Position numbers and translations under genes: made by a program
Shown here: piece by piece, positions 1 through 8,552 of the stretch
How the letters are laid out: each line of letters opens with the position of its first letter
Position numbering within the stretch: the first letter of the stretch is position 1
Source of the DNA: a virus
Lineage: Duplodnaviria > Caudoviricetes
Reading direction: 5' to 3' (one strand)
IMG/VR virus record: IMGVR_UViG_2974666281_000001
Span: 32,001-96,000 of that record
Length of the DNA stretch: 64,000 nt
Notes under the pieces: model-generated
The model's input: only the letters and a program-made list of their open reading frames with translations
Databases searched by the model: none
Told to the model about the DNA's origin: nothing

Positions 1-637
1 CACCTTCGAATTTTGATGCAAATTTCTTATCTTGAGCCCATAGCATTACTTTGTAATCAGCTGGAATCATTTTCATATTAGTCATGTTGATAACAAAGTT
101 GAAATTGTTAGTTCCATTATATTCACCAAGAGCTAGTGTATACAGAACATTAGTCAGAGCAGAATCAGCTACCGCATTATAACCACGGATTTCAATATGA
201 CCGTCAACATTAGTGATAGCCAGAGTATCAATTTGCAGACCACGTGATACACGCATCAACTGCTGAAGGTCTTCACCTTTCAGTTCAAAGATAACTTTAG
301 CGACTGGGAATGGAATAGGCTTACTTGGGAAAGCAATTGTACTTGCATCAGCAATTGGCCAATGAATTGTAGAACGCTGGTCTTTAATAACAATAGTTGT
401 TTGGTCTTTAGATACAGAAATTTCTGCATCTTCACCTACAAGACCAAGAATACTTAGAAAACCTGGTAAGTCGTAAATTGCTGCTTCGATATCAATCTCA
501 TCAGAGATTGTAGATTCACCGTAAACAGCACCAATAACAGAACGAGTCATGATGAAATTACCTTTTTTCAACATGATACCTGAGTTAATAGTGGAAAAGT
601 TTTTCAGAATATTCAGTGTGTCTTTGCTCAGTTTCAT
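1..637 (-). CDS. 45: DNA polymerase sliding clamp gp45 (3' end runs off the window)
   Basis: Manual translation MKLSKDTLNILKNFSTINSGIMLKKGNFIMTRSV...AAIYDLPGFLSIL; lies downstream of rpbA as in T4. Confidence 0.97.
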   Translation of the reverse strand, partial: MKLSKDTLNILKNFSTINSGIMLKKGNFIMTRSVIGAVYGESTISDEIDIEAAIYDLPGFLSILGLVGEDAEISVSKDQTTIVIKDQRSTIHWPIADASTIAFPSKPIPFPVAKVIFELKGEDLQQLMRVSRGLQIDTLAITNVDGHIEIRGYNAVADSALTNVLYTLALGEYNGTNNFNFVINMTNMKMIPADYKVMLWAQDKKFASKFEG

Positions 638-664
638 TTCAATACCTTATTAAGAAGAAGTTTA

Positions 665-691
665 ATTATACAATAAAAATTATTAAGCCAT
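665..691 (-). promoter_or_regulatory. MotA-dependent middle promoter for gene 45
   Basis: ATGGCTTAA-N12-TATAAT. Confidence 0.75.
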
Positions 692-1054
692 TTCAGAGAT
701 GACTTCATTCACGACAATAAATGCAGCTTCAATTAAATGTTCGTCTGCATCAACACAGAATTCATCTTCAAGACGATCTGGGCCATAAGGGTCAGCTACT
801 AGTTTAGCACCTGCTGCAATTGAATCTTCGTAATACTTACGCATGATTTCAACCCATTTAGTACTAACAGCTTCATCGATACCGGCATAATAAGCCCAAC
901 GCACTTCAGCAACTTTCAGCTTGTCTTTAATACGTGCTTGAATTTCTTCAGGCATCTGCAGGACCCAGGAACGACGGATTTTGTTATCGTTGTTTGGGTT
1001 AGAATCAGTACGTACGTTTTTAGGCTGAATGTCTTTAACAGTAATAGTCATCAT
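683..1054 (-). CDS. rpbA: RNA polymerase-binding protein RpbA
   Basis: IQPKNVRTDSNPNNDNKIRRSWVL resembles T4 RpbA; synteny. Confidence 0.92.
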   Translation of the reverse strand: MMTITVKDIQPKNVRTDSNPNNDNKIRRSWVLQMPEEIQARIKDKLKVAEVRWAYYAGIDEAVSTKWVEIMRKYYEDSIAAGAKLVADPYGPDRLEDEFCVDADEHLIEAAFIVVNEVISEMA

Positions 1055-1062
1055 AATATCTC

Positions 1063-1254
1063 TTATTCAAATACTTCTTCAAGGAACCAGGCGAGTGAAC
1101 GTCCTGAGTATATTTTTTGTAACTCGGAAGGGTTATCTTTGAATCCTTCCTTTAACATCGAATCAGTAACCATTATCTCTAAGTCAGAAACAAGTGAAAC
1201 TAATTTGTAGCGCCTGATTTCAGGCGCACATATTAAATGTTGATTTTCTATCAT
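1063..1254 (-). CDS. 45.2: conserved hypothetical protein gp45.2
   Basis: 63 aa between rpbA and 46, as in T4. Confidence 0.8.
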   Translation of the reverse strand: MIENQHLICAPEIRRYKLVSLVSDLEIMVTDSMLKEGFKDNPSELQKIYSGRSLAWFLEEVFE

Positions 1255-2936
1255 TATTGCATCACCGTAAAGCGACCTACCTTCATCATCTGGAGGTGTT
1301 GGCCATAAGCTTGTGGGTCATGGTCACGATGACTGATAATAAACACGTTTGTATTCTGCAAACTATTCAAAATAGTAGAGATAGATTTTACACCATCAAC
1401 ATCTGTAGCAGAATCAAAAACCTCATCCAAAATCAAGGTAGATATATTAACACCTGAAACACGAGAAGCAATATCACGCCAAGTAAACAGAAGAGCGATA
1501 TCGATACGTGCTTTTTCGCCTTGACTAAATGAAGCATAACTAAAGTCTTCACGACCACGAGATTTAATCGTTTCGTTGAACTCTTCATCAAGAGTAAAGA
1601 CGTAATCGGCTTCCATAATTTTCAAGTACATATTAATCTGTTTATTGAACAGCGGAATATACTTTTTAATTATTGCACCTTTAATACCAGAATCTTTCAG
1701 CATCTCAGTAATGATACCACGATGATATTTTTCCATTACTAAAGATGTTTTAGCTTTGACAATTTTATCAAGTTCTTTTTGAAGCTTAGCAATTTCATCA
1801 GCATGGTCAATAAACTCAGCCGAAGCCTGTTCAATAGCAGCTTTAACTTTCTTTGCTTTCTCTACGGTAGAAACCATAGCGGCTTTAGATGAACGAATAT
1901 CTTGAGCTAACTTCTGCTGAGTTGAAACATTAGCCTTATGTTCATCAACTAAGAGCCTGAGGTTGTCTCTATGGGCGATTAAATTCTCGGAGGTACGATT
2001 ACATTCATGGATTTGGTCATTTATCTTAGTGATAATAGGACCACTAGAATGTAAGTCTTGCATACAAGTAGGACAATGCCCACCTTTCTCGTAAAGACCA
2101 AGAACTCTGTTATACCCACTGATTTTAGAATCAATGAGAACTACTTCTTGACTTATCTTATTAAATGCTTCAGAAGGGTCTTCGTCTAATACGATAGAAG
2201 TCAAACGCTCTGTTGCTGCTTCAATTTCGACCTTATACCCTCTAGCTTCTTTAGCTAGTTCGTCATACATCGTCTGAAGACGAGCAACATTATCTCCAGA
2301 CAATTTCTTTTGACGCTCTACGTTATCTTGATAGATTTTTACTTGTTGCACTAGACCGTCATGTCGAGTGTCAAGAACAGAGACTTGACTGTTCACTTCT
2401 CTGATAGCAGATTTATTCAGTTTGTCCATTTCAGCCAGCATAGACACTTCGAGCAAATCTTCAACGAGCTTGCGCCTGGCAGGTGTTGATAAGCCCATGA
2501 ACGGAGTATATCCTGCTGTTCCAAGTACGACAATTTGTTTAAATGATGAATATGACATTCCGATGAGCTTTTCGAATTGCTCTTGGAAATCTCTTGCACT
2601 CGCGGACTCGTCAAGCTTTGCACCATCTCGTTCAATTTCAAAGACATTAGGCTTTTGTCCACGTTTGATGTAGAACTGATGACCGTCGAATTCCATCCAC
2701 AGTTCTACCAATAATTCTTTTTTATTAGAGCTGTTTACTAATTGCCCTTTCTTAATATCACGGAAAGGTTTACCAAATAAAGCAAACGTGATTGCTTCAA
2801 GCATCGTACTCTTACCACCACCGTTCTTACCTGTGATAAGAGTCTTTTGTACTTTATCAAGTTCAATTTCGATAGGTTGTTGGCCCACCGACATAATATT
2901 CTTGTACTTGACTTTTTTGAGTTTAAAAGTCTTCAC
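1254..2936 (-). CDS. 46: recombination endonuclease ATPase subunit gp46 (Rad50/SbcC-like)
   Basis: Walker A GKNGGGKST, zinc hook CPTC, signature FSQGE, Walker B LILDE. Confidence 0.98.
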   Translation of the reverse strand: MKTFKLKKVKYKNIMSVGQQPIEIELDKVQKTLITGKNGGGKSTMLEAITFALFGKPFRDIKKGQLVNSSNKKELLVELWMEFDGHQFYIKRGQKPNVFEIERDGAKLDESASARDFQEQFEKLIGMSYSSFKQIVVLGTAGYTPFMGLSTPARRKLVEDLLEVSMLAEMDKLNKSAIREVNSQVSVLDTRHDGLVQQVKIYQDNVERQKKLSGDNVARLQTMYDELAKEARGYKVEIEAATERLTSIVLDEDPSEAFNKISQEVVLIDSKISGYNRVLGLYEKGGHCPTCMQDLHSSGPIITKINDQIHECNRTSENLIAHRDNLRLLVDEHKANVSTQQKLAQDIRSSKAAMVSTVEKAKKVKAAIEQASAEFIDHADEIAKLQKELDKIVKAKTSLVMEKYHRGIITEMLKDSGIKGAIIKKYIPLFNKQINMYLKIMEADYVFTLDEEFNETIKSRGREDFSYASFSQGEKARIDIALLFTWRDIASRVSGVNISTLILDEVFDSATDVDGVKSISTILNSLQNTNVFIISHRDHDPQAYGQHLQMMKVGRFTVMQ

Positions 2937-3952
2937 TGATTCTGTACCTCAACATAAAGTTGCTTAGATAATGCTTTCAAAGATTTAATATCTTCTTTAG
3001 ATGCATCAGGCAGAGCTTCAATATACTCTTCCATTAGTTCAAGCAAACTTTTAACTTCGATTTCTTCTTCACCGTCTGATTCTACAGTGTTATCCACCTT
3101 AGACACAACACGAAGAGAATGAACTACCTTTTCAAGTTCAGACTCAAACTTTGTAAGGTCTTTGTCAACCTTTTCAACAATAACACGGACTGCTAAGTTT
3201 TTGAAATCATCAACTTGAATAGTATCATTAGGATAAAACACTTTACGGTGCCAAGTTACAGCATTAGGAATAAAATCAAAACTTCCTTTCTTAGTGTCTT
3301 GTACCCAGAAACCACGTGGATCGTTTTCATCGCCAGCAGTTAGTGTCCATGGAGTACCGATGTACTTCACGTTAGCGGCTTCACTGATAGTATGGAAATG
3401 CCCAGACCAAACTTGCTTATACTTCTTCAAGAAATCAGGTTCAAGGCCATGAGATTTCATACCTTTATAAAAATAAAAGCCATTGAGTTCCCAGTGTCCA
3501 ACACAATATTCAGCCGATGATGTTCTAATATGCTCTAAAATTTCGGTTGTGTTTTCATCACACATCCATGGAATCAAGTCAATCAAAGTCCCGTCGAAAT
3601 CCATTGTAACAGGTTTTTCTATTACAGTAATATTTTTGTACTTACCAAGAACTTCTGTTGCCGCATTAGGAGTTAGAGTGTTCTTGTAGTGCATATCGTG
3701 ATTTCCCACGATAGTAACTAGATGAATACCAGCTTCTTCTAATTCTGTTGCAATCAGACGAGCAAACTCCATACATTTATGGGTGATTGCTTTACGAACG
3801 TCGAAGATGTCGCCATATTGAATAATATTTTTAATGTCATGCTTTTTAGCATAAGCAATATGGTCTCTGATACCTTTCAATTGGATTTCTTGGACCCAAG
3901 GGTCATCTGCTTTTACACCTAAGTGCCAATCCCCAGAGTGGATAATTTTCAT
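2933..3952 (-). CDS. 47: recombination endonuclease nuclease subunit gp47 (Mre11/SbcD-like)
   Basis: Metallophosphoesterase motifs GDWHLG, GDIFD, GNHD, GHFH. Confidence 0.98.
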   Translation of the reverse strand: MKIIHSGDWHLGVKADDPWVQEIQLKGIRDHIAYAKKHDIKNIIQYGDIFDVRKAITHKCMEFARLIATELEEAGIHLVTIVGNHDMHYKNTLTPNAATEVLGKYKNITVIEKPVTMDFDGTLIDLIPWMCDENTTEILEHIRTSSAEYCVGHWELNGFYFYKGMKSHGLEPDFLKKYKQVWSGHFHTISEAANVKYIGTPWTLTAGDENDPRGFWVQDTKKGSFDFIPNAVTWHRKVFYPNDTIQVDDFKNLAVRVIVEKVDKDLTKFESELEKVVHSLRVVSKVDNTVESDGEEEIEVKSLLELMEEYIEALPDASKEDIKSLKALSKQLYVEVQNQ

Positions 3953-4092
3953 ATATCAAGCGCCGTCATCGCAATACAAAATAAGATTAATGAGATGAAC
4001 CCGTCAGGAGTAGAAAAGAACCCTATCCAACAAGCTCGTGTGAATGTATAGAAGGCCATGAATAATACGACCCATCCTAAAAACAATATCAT
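3949..4092 (-). CDS. 47.1: small membrane protein gp47.1-like (47 aa, not in ORF track)
   Basis: MILFLGWVVLFMAFYTFTRACWIGFFSTPDGFISLILFCIAMTALDI; RBS GAGGAG; stop overlaps gene 47 start. Confidence 0.8.
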   Translation of the reverse strand: MILFLGWVVLFMAFYTFTRACWIGFFSTPDGFISLILFCIAMTALDI

Positions 4093-4113
4093 AATGTTCT
4101 CCTCAATAGGTTC

Positions 4114-4140
4114 ATTATATTCTCCTGTATAGATAGCAAA
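4114..4140 (-). promoter_or_regulatory. middle promoter upstream of 47.1/47
   Basis: TTTGCTATC-N12-TATAAT. Confidence 0.75.
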
Positions 4141-4157
4141 AAAGGGCCGAAGCCCTT
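4138..4157 (-). terminator. intrinsic terminator
   Basis: AAGGGC-TTCG-GCCCTT followed by a T run. Confidence 0.9.
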
Positions 4158-4411
4158 TAGATTTTTTTAACTAAGATATATCCATTTGCTTCAGCTACTT
4201 TACGAGCTTCTTCAAATTTCTTCATCATTGTTCTTTTTGTTTTACGAATGGCTTCAAAGTCAGATGGAGACTCTTTAACTTGAGTCTCACACTTATAACA
4301 TCGAATAGAACGTTTCGGACCTGTATAAGATTTAGAGCAAGTGCAACACTTACCGTAATAGAATCCTTCAGGCCAATCATTCACATTACGCCATTGGTTA
4401 GAAACCGTCAT
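4157..4411 (-). CDS. hypothetical protein with CxxC...CxxC zinc ribbon
   Basis: KCCTCSK...RCYKCE; start trimmed to MTVSNQW. Confidence 0.7.
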   Translation of the reverse strand: MTVSNQWRNVNDWPEGFYYGKCCTCSKSYTGPKRSIRCYKCETQVKESPSDFEAIRKTKRTMMKKFEEARKVAEANGYILVKKI

Positions 4412-4583
4412 ATTCATCAAAAACATCCACATCTTCGGCTGATTTGACAATGATTTCAGTAATCACACGTTTTCCTTTTTCTGTACGATGATAATTCTCA
4501 GCGGCCTTTTCCAAGGCCTCTTTAGAATAGACAACACCATCACGATTAACAAAATCTGATTTAGCAATTACCACTTGTACCAT
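4398..4583 (-). CDS. hypothetical protein
   Basis: 61-aa ORF coupled to neighbours. Confidence 0.6.
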   Translation of the reverse strand: MVQVVIAKSDFVNRDGVVYSKEALEKAAENYHRTEKGKRVITEIIVKSAEDVDVFDEYDGF

Positions 4584-4765
4584 GGTTTCACCTGTGCACT
4601 ATCTACCCACATCAGTTCTTTACGGTTGGCTTTAACCGGAGCGACAGTTGTGCCTAGAACACGATAGTGGGTCTCAGAGACCTTAACAGCCATAACACCA
4701 TCAGCCACAGATAAAGTGAACCCTGCGTTCACTTTAATACGTTTAAACGCCTTTTGAATGATCAT
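4568..4765 (-). CDS. a-gt.3: a-gt.3-like protein
   Basis: KRIKVNAGFTLSVADGVMAVK...VKPWYKW; start trimmed to MIIQKAF. Confidence 0.75.
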   Translation of the reverse strand: MIIQKAFKRIKVNAGFTLSVADGVMAVKVSETHYRVLGTTVAPVKANRKELMWVDSAQVKPWYKW

Positions 4766-5093
4766 TAATGATTTCCCAAATCTGACGACGAGTGGTGTTC
4801 CAACCAGTAAGAATAATCTCGTCTGTAAACGGTTGACGTAAAATAGTACGAGATTTTTCAATCGCGTATTTGTACGCCTCGAAATTATTTTCCAGAACAG
4901 CAGTCTGAGCATGGTGGTTCAGACGGTCAAGTTCACGTTTGTTCTTACGATAAATCTTTTGCGCTTTAGCAATAGCTTCTACACGAGCTGCTTCTTGCAT
5001 GCGTGCAATTTCTTCTTGATATTCGTCATCTTGTTCAAGTTCTTGACGAAATGCTTCACCTGGCGCCAGGCCATTCTGATATTCTGGAGTCAT
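4743..5093 (-). CDS. a-gt.4: a-gt.4-like protein
   Basis: KNKRELDRLNHHAQTAVLENNFEAYKYAI; synteny. Confidence 0.85.
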   Translation of the reverse strand: MTPEYQNGLAPGEAFRQELEQDDEYQEEIARMQEAARVEAIAKAQKIYRKNKRELDRLNHHAQTAVLENNFEAYKYAIEKSRTILRQPFTDEIILTGWNTTRRQIWEIINDHSKGV

Positions 5094-5095
5094 AA

Positions 5096-5323
5096 TTATT
5101 CCGGTTTGTAATTTAATTCAACGAAGAAACCTTCGTCCGTAACCTGGTATTCGTAAGAAAGAACTCCCGATTCGGTTGTTATCTCTTCAAAACCAGGATT
5201 CTTGGGGTCAATAATAATAGGCAACTTCTCGATATCCCGTAAATACATTTTAAGCAAATAAGGAATAGCGTTTTGGTCGCCTACTTCTTCTAGGAACCCA
5301 TTGAGGTTAAGTTTGAGCCTCAT
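5096..5323 (-). CDS. a-gt.5: a-gt.5-like protein
   Basis: [12 protein letters not shown]; directly downstream of gene 55. Confidence 0.8.
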   Translation of the reverse strand: MRLKLNLNGFLEEVGDQNAIPYLLKMYLRDIEKLPIIIDPKNPGFEEITTESGVLSYEYQVTDEGFFVELNYKPE

Positions 5324-5843
5324 ACAAAAAATCCAATGCATTATCATCTTCTAGATTTAAGACCTTTGTATCAGACCCTGGTACTTTAACTAGAGATGAT
5401 TCGTACTGCGTCATTTTATCATAGATGTCCTGAATAAAGGTTTCATCTGCTAACGCAACCATATCATCGTCACGACTGTCGTAAACATTGTGAACGAAAT
5501 AGCTGTATTTCTTTGCAACTTCTCTGCGTTCTTTTTTGATACGCTGAACGAATGCATTAAAACAAGCCTGGGTTATGTACGCATGTGGGTTGTTATACTT
5601 ATTTTCATCGAAGTTTTTAAGACCTTTAATTGCGGCCTCAATACCGTCCTCAATCATTTCTTGCTTCCAGGATTGGGTATATCCAGAGAAGTTAAAACGT
5701 TTTGAAAGCCCTTCTGAAATAAGCATGATAGCTAAACCAATTTCATTAGTCATTGGAATAAGTTTGTCTGGGTTTTCAGCACATTTCTTTTTCCATCGAC
5801 AAATTTCTTGATAAAGCTCTTTATTATTTACATAGTTTGCCAT
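5307..5843 (-). CDS. 55: late-transcription sigma factor gp55
   Basis: YVNNKEL...[20 protein letters not shown]...[21 protein letters not shown]. Confidence 0.98.
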   Translation of the reverse strand: MANYVNNKELYQEICRWKKKCAENPDKLIPMTNEIGLAIMLISEGLSKRFNFSGYTQSWKQEMIEDGIEAAIKGLKNFDENKYNNPHAYITQACFNAFVQRIKKERREVAKKYSYFVHNVYDSRDDDMVALADETFIQDIYDKMTQYESSLVKVPGSDTKVLNLEDDNALDFLYEAQT

Positions 5844-5874
5844 TTATTTCTTCCGTCACTCAATATTAATATCT

Positions 5875-5901
5875 ATTATATCATTCAAAGGCGGAAGCAA
5901 T
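5875..5901 (-). promoter_or_regulatory. middle promoter for gene 55
   Basis: ATTGCTTCC-N12-TATAAT. Confidence 0.85.
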
Positions 5902-5909
5902 TTAAAGCA

Positions 5910-6173
5910 TTAACCTTTAATAACTTGATACATCTGAAACACTTTTTCAAGAATCTTACAGAACTCTTTAAAAGAAAGATTGTATTCGGTACCTTCTTCT
6001 TTAGCGATTTCTTTAAAATTATCGTAAAGACTCGGATATTGTTTGATGTTCAACATTGAAGCATGGGTTTCCCAGTACACACCTTCTTCATCATCGAACC
6101 AAACACCCATATAGTTATCTACTGTAAATGTGCCAACACCAGTGACAACCATAGAAATTTGATTAATTTCCAT
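5910..6173 (-). CDS. 55.1: gp55.1-like protein
   Basis: WFDDEEGVYWETHASML resembles T4 55.1; synteny. Confidence 0.7.
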   Translation of the reverse strand: MEINQISMVVTGVGTFTVDNYMGVWFDDEEGVYWETHASMLNIKQYPSLYDNFKEIAKEEGTEYNLSFKEFCKILEKVFQMYQVIKG

Positions 6174-6403
6174 TACGAAAGCTTCTTAGCGCATTCATAC
6201 GCATCATCAAAAAGACCGAAGGCATCAACTGAAGTATAGTCACCATTTGCAGTTGCTTCATATACCCACCAGATTCCGAAATCTTCTTCGAGAAGATAAT
6301 CAAGCCCAGCAGGAGAAGTTCCTTCGACTAGAACTCGTCCGTCTTCAAGTTCTTTAACTAACAGACCGGCTAATTGCAAGTCTGCGATTTCTTGTTTAGT
6401 CAT
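6173..6403 (-). CDS. hypothetical protein
   Basis: 76-aa acidic ORF, RBS TAAGGT. Confidence 0.75.
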   Translation of the reverse strand: MTKQEIADLQLAGLLVKELEDGRVLVEGTSPAGLDYLLEEDFGIWWVYEATANGDYTSVDAFGLFDDAYECAKKLS

Positions 6404-6411
6404 GAGATACC

Positions 6412-6753
6412 TTATTTTGCATTCTTAACAATTTTGAGATCGCAGAAACCTTTCTTACGCTGGTTCTTCATGCGACGGATAGTCTTATCAGAAATTTCGC
6501 CTTTAGTAGGATTATATTCGCCAACACCAAAGGCAGGAGTACCAAACTCAGACAGAATATAACCTACAACAAGTTCACGAATACGAGCCTTACCAATTTT
6601 CTGGTCGTTCTCTTTCATGGTACCGTGTAGTTCGATTTCCCAAGCATCAAGGAGTTTAGGAGTAACAGTGTCTTTCTTAAACAGGTCTGCAGCCATAACG
6701 TCCACTTTAGGGAATACGAAAGAGTTCAGAACGTTTTTAATAGCTTGGGACAT
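6412..6753 (-). CDS. 55.2: gp55.2 (inhibitor of host topoisomerase I in T4)
   Basis: WEIELHGTMKENDQKIG...YILSEF...EISDKTIRRMKNQRKK; RBS GAGGAAAATACTATG. Confidence 0.9.
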   Translation of the reverse strand: MSQAIKNVLNSFVFPKVDVMAADLFKKDTVTPKLLDAWEIELHGTMKENDQKIGKARIRELVVGYILSEFGTPAFGVGEYNPTKGEISDKTIRRMKNQRKKGFCDLKIVKNAK

Positions 6754-6787
6754 AGTATTTTCCTCATTGATTGTTTTTGACATAGAC

Positions 6788-6813
6788 ATCTTATCATAGA
6801 TGCCTATAGCAAA
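6788..6813 (-). promoter_or_regulatory. probable middle promoter with palindrome across the -10 box
   Basis: TTTGCTATA-N11-TAAGAT; imperfect inverted repeat ATAGGCATCT/AGATGTCTAT. Confidence 0.55.
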
Positions 6814-7074
6814 TTACATCAAATGTTTAAGAATTTCACGAACCAAAATATCTAGCTCAGAAGAGAAAACATCTGGAATCAGAGCTTTACACGCGTTTGC
6901 TACACGTTGTGGATACATGTGAGCTTGTACAGCACAAACTCCAGTCATACAAGAACGAGCTCTTAAAACAATTTCAGTGTCGTCGATTTCAATACGTAAT
7001 TGTTCTTGTCCACGAGATTCAGAGCGAATCAAGATAGATAATTCAGTTTTCTTGGTTTTAGATACGATTACCAT
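6814..7074 (-). CDS. hypothetical early protein
   Basis: Start MVIVSK with RBS AGGAG just behind an early promoter. Confidence 0.75.
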   Translation of the reverse strand: MVIVSKTKKTELSILIRSESRGQEQLRIEIDDTEIVLRARSCMTGVCAVQAHMYPQRVANACKALIPDVFSSELDILVREILKHLM

Positions 7075-7102
7075 GTTTGTTCTCCTGTAGTTGGTAGGAG
7101 CC

Positions 7103-7132
7103 ATAGTATCATGGAATAGGGTGCTTGTAAAC
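7103..7132 (-). promoter_or_regulatory. T4-type early promoter
   Basis: GTTTACA-N17-TACTAT. Confidence 0.9.
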
Positions 7133-7144
7133 ACCCTTTTAAGA

Positions 7145-7456
7145 TTAGTCTTCGATGATGTCTCGGTCATAGCCGAGTTCAATGAGTTTGTCTTTGAAGT
7201 ACTTGATGTTATACATCTTTTGGTCATTGACAAATATGACAGGATAGCGTATAGAGAGCGTAGGGAACCCTGCTCTGCGGGCTAATGTAACAATAAGAGG
7301 TCTATCATGAACTATCCCTTCCTCCGTCTCACACACAACAGGATAAAAGGTGAAAGGGATATCAAGTTCTTTTAAGAGCTTAGTAGCAGTGATACAGCCT
7401 GGACAACGCCAGACTGTTTCAGGGATGCCGTAGATTTCAACTTTCAATTCGGCCAA
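7145..7456 (-). CDS. nrdH: glutaredoxin NrdH
   Basis: VEIYGIPE..RCPGC, IRYPVIF; synteny with nrdG/nrdD. Confidence 0.92.
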   Translation of the reverse strand: MAELKVEIYGIPETVWRCPGCITATKLLKELDIPFTFYPVVCETEEGIVHDRPLIVTLARRAGFPTLSIRYPVIFVNDQKMYNIKYFKDKLIELGYDRDIIED

Positions 7457-7709
7457 GGTTCACCAACCCATACTGGAAATCCCAGTATTGTTCGCCAATA
7501 TAAACACCAATAACAGAACCAGATTCAGCCCATTGAATAGAGACAGTGATGTCATTAGTATCTTCGGCTTCCAAAGCTTCTTCAAATTCTTGCATCTGTT
7601 CTGGAGTAAAGAAATCTGGATTCAGCTTGCAATTTTCGAACTGCATACCGTCATCCAGTTCGTCCCAGCCAGCCCATTTCAAGATTACATATTCTTCTAT
7701 GCGTTTCAT
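7437..7709 (-). CDS. hypothetical protein
   Basis: Acidic ORF, start trimmed to MKRIEEY. Confidence 0.7.
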   Translation of the reverse strand: MKRIEEYVILKWAGWDELDDGMQFENCKLNPDFFTPEQMQEFEEALEAEDTNDITVSIQWAESGSVIGVYIGEQYWDFQYGLVNLGRIES

Positions 7710-7710
7710 A

Positions 7711-7953
7711 TTAACCTTCGATTTTGATTTCAAATTTACCAGTTTTGTCAAAGTTTTTTGTAGCATCTTCAATCTTTTTAGTCAGAGCTTCGACTCTTTC
7801 TTTAGATATTGTTTTGCTTTCAGATGGACTAATCAAGCCAGCCAGCATAATAACAAGACCAATAGGAATAAGACAAATAACCCCTGACAGAAGAGCAATA
7901 GCCAAGAGGGTCAAAGAGATACCAGTACGAATTTTATCAAAGAACTTTTTCAT
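7711..7953 (-). CDS. 55.8: membrane protein, gp55.8-like
   Basis: Long hydrophobic segment; position next to nrdG. Confidence 0.7.
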   Translation of the reverse strand: MKKFFDKIRTGISLTLLAIALLSGVICLIPIGLVIMLAGLISPSESKTISKERVEALTKKIEDATKNFDKTGKFEIKIEG

Positions 7954-7961
7954 TATTTACC

Positions 7962-8078
7962 TTAGTAAGCCAAGAAGAAAACAAAAGTGTACATCACAGG
8001 GAACTCTTCACCAAGAGACACAACTAAGTCGTGTTGGATTTCAGAGATGGATTCAATTAATTCGTGGATAAAGCGCAT
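7962..8078 (-). CDS. small hypothetical protein (38 aa, not in ORF track)
   Basis: MRFIHELIESISEIQHDLVVSLGEEFPVMYTFVFFLAY fills the gap exactly. Confidence 0.65.
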   Translation of the reverse strand: MRFIHELIESISEIQHDLVVSLGEEFPVMYTFVFFLAY

Positions 8079-8552
8079 TTAAATTTCCTCAGTCCAGTTA
8101 CCTTTGTGGTTTACCCACAAACGTTGATTATCACTACCACGCCAAGCCTTTTGAGTTGACAGTGATTGTTCGTATTTTCCGTCAATAATAACATCTACAT
8201 TTTGAAGCAATTCAAGATGTTTTATGTCTTCAAATTTATAGCCAGTCCACATCCAAACATCTTTATGAGGATGACTGGTATGTAAGCATTTTAGAAGTGA
8301 TTCTATAGTCTCTCTATTATCTGGATAGAGTGGGTCTCCACCGGTAAGAGTGATTCCTTGAATATAATCTTTGCTTAAAAGCTCTCTGATTTCTTCAATA
8401 GTTTCTCCGGTGAACTCTGTCCCGTTGCGTGGATTCCATGTACTTTTATTATAACATCCTTCGCATTTATGCGAACATCCAGTAACGAAAAGAACGACCC
8501 TGCAACCAGGACCATTTATAAAATCGCAAGGATAGATTCTATCGTAGTTCAT
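8079..8552 (-). CDS. nrdG: anaerobic ribonucleotide reductase activase (radical SAM)
   Basis: NGPGCRVVLFVTGCSHKCEGCYN (CxxxCxxC), WRGSDNQRL. Confidence 0.98.
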   Translation of the reverse strand: MNYDRIYPCDFINGPGCRVVLFVTGCSHKCEGCYNKSTWNPRNGTEFTGETIEEIRELLSKDYIQGITLTGGDPLYPDNRETIESLLKCLHTSHPHKDVWMWTGYKFEDIKHLELLQNVDVIIDGKYEQSLSTQKAWRGSDNQRLWVNHKGNWTEEI

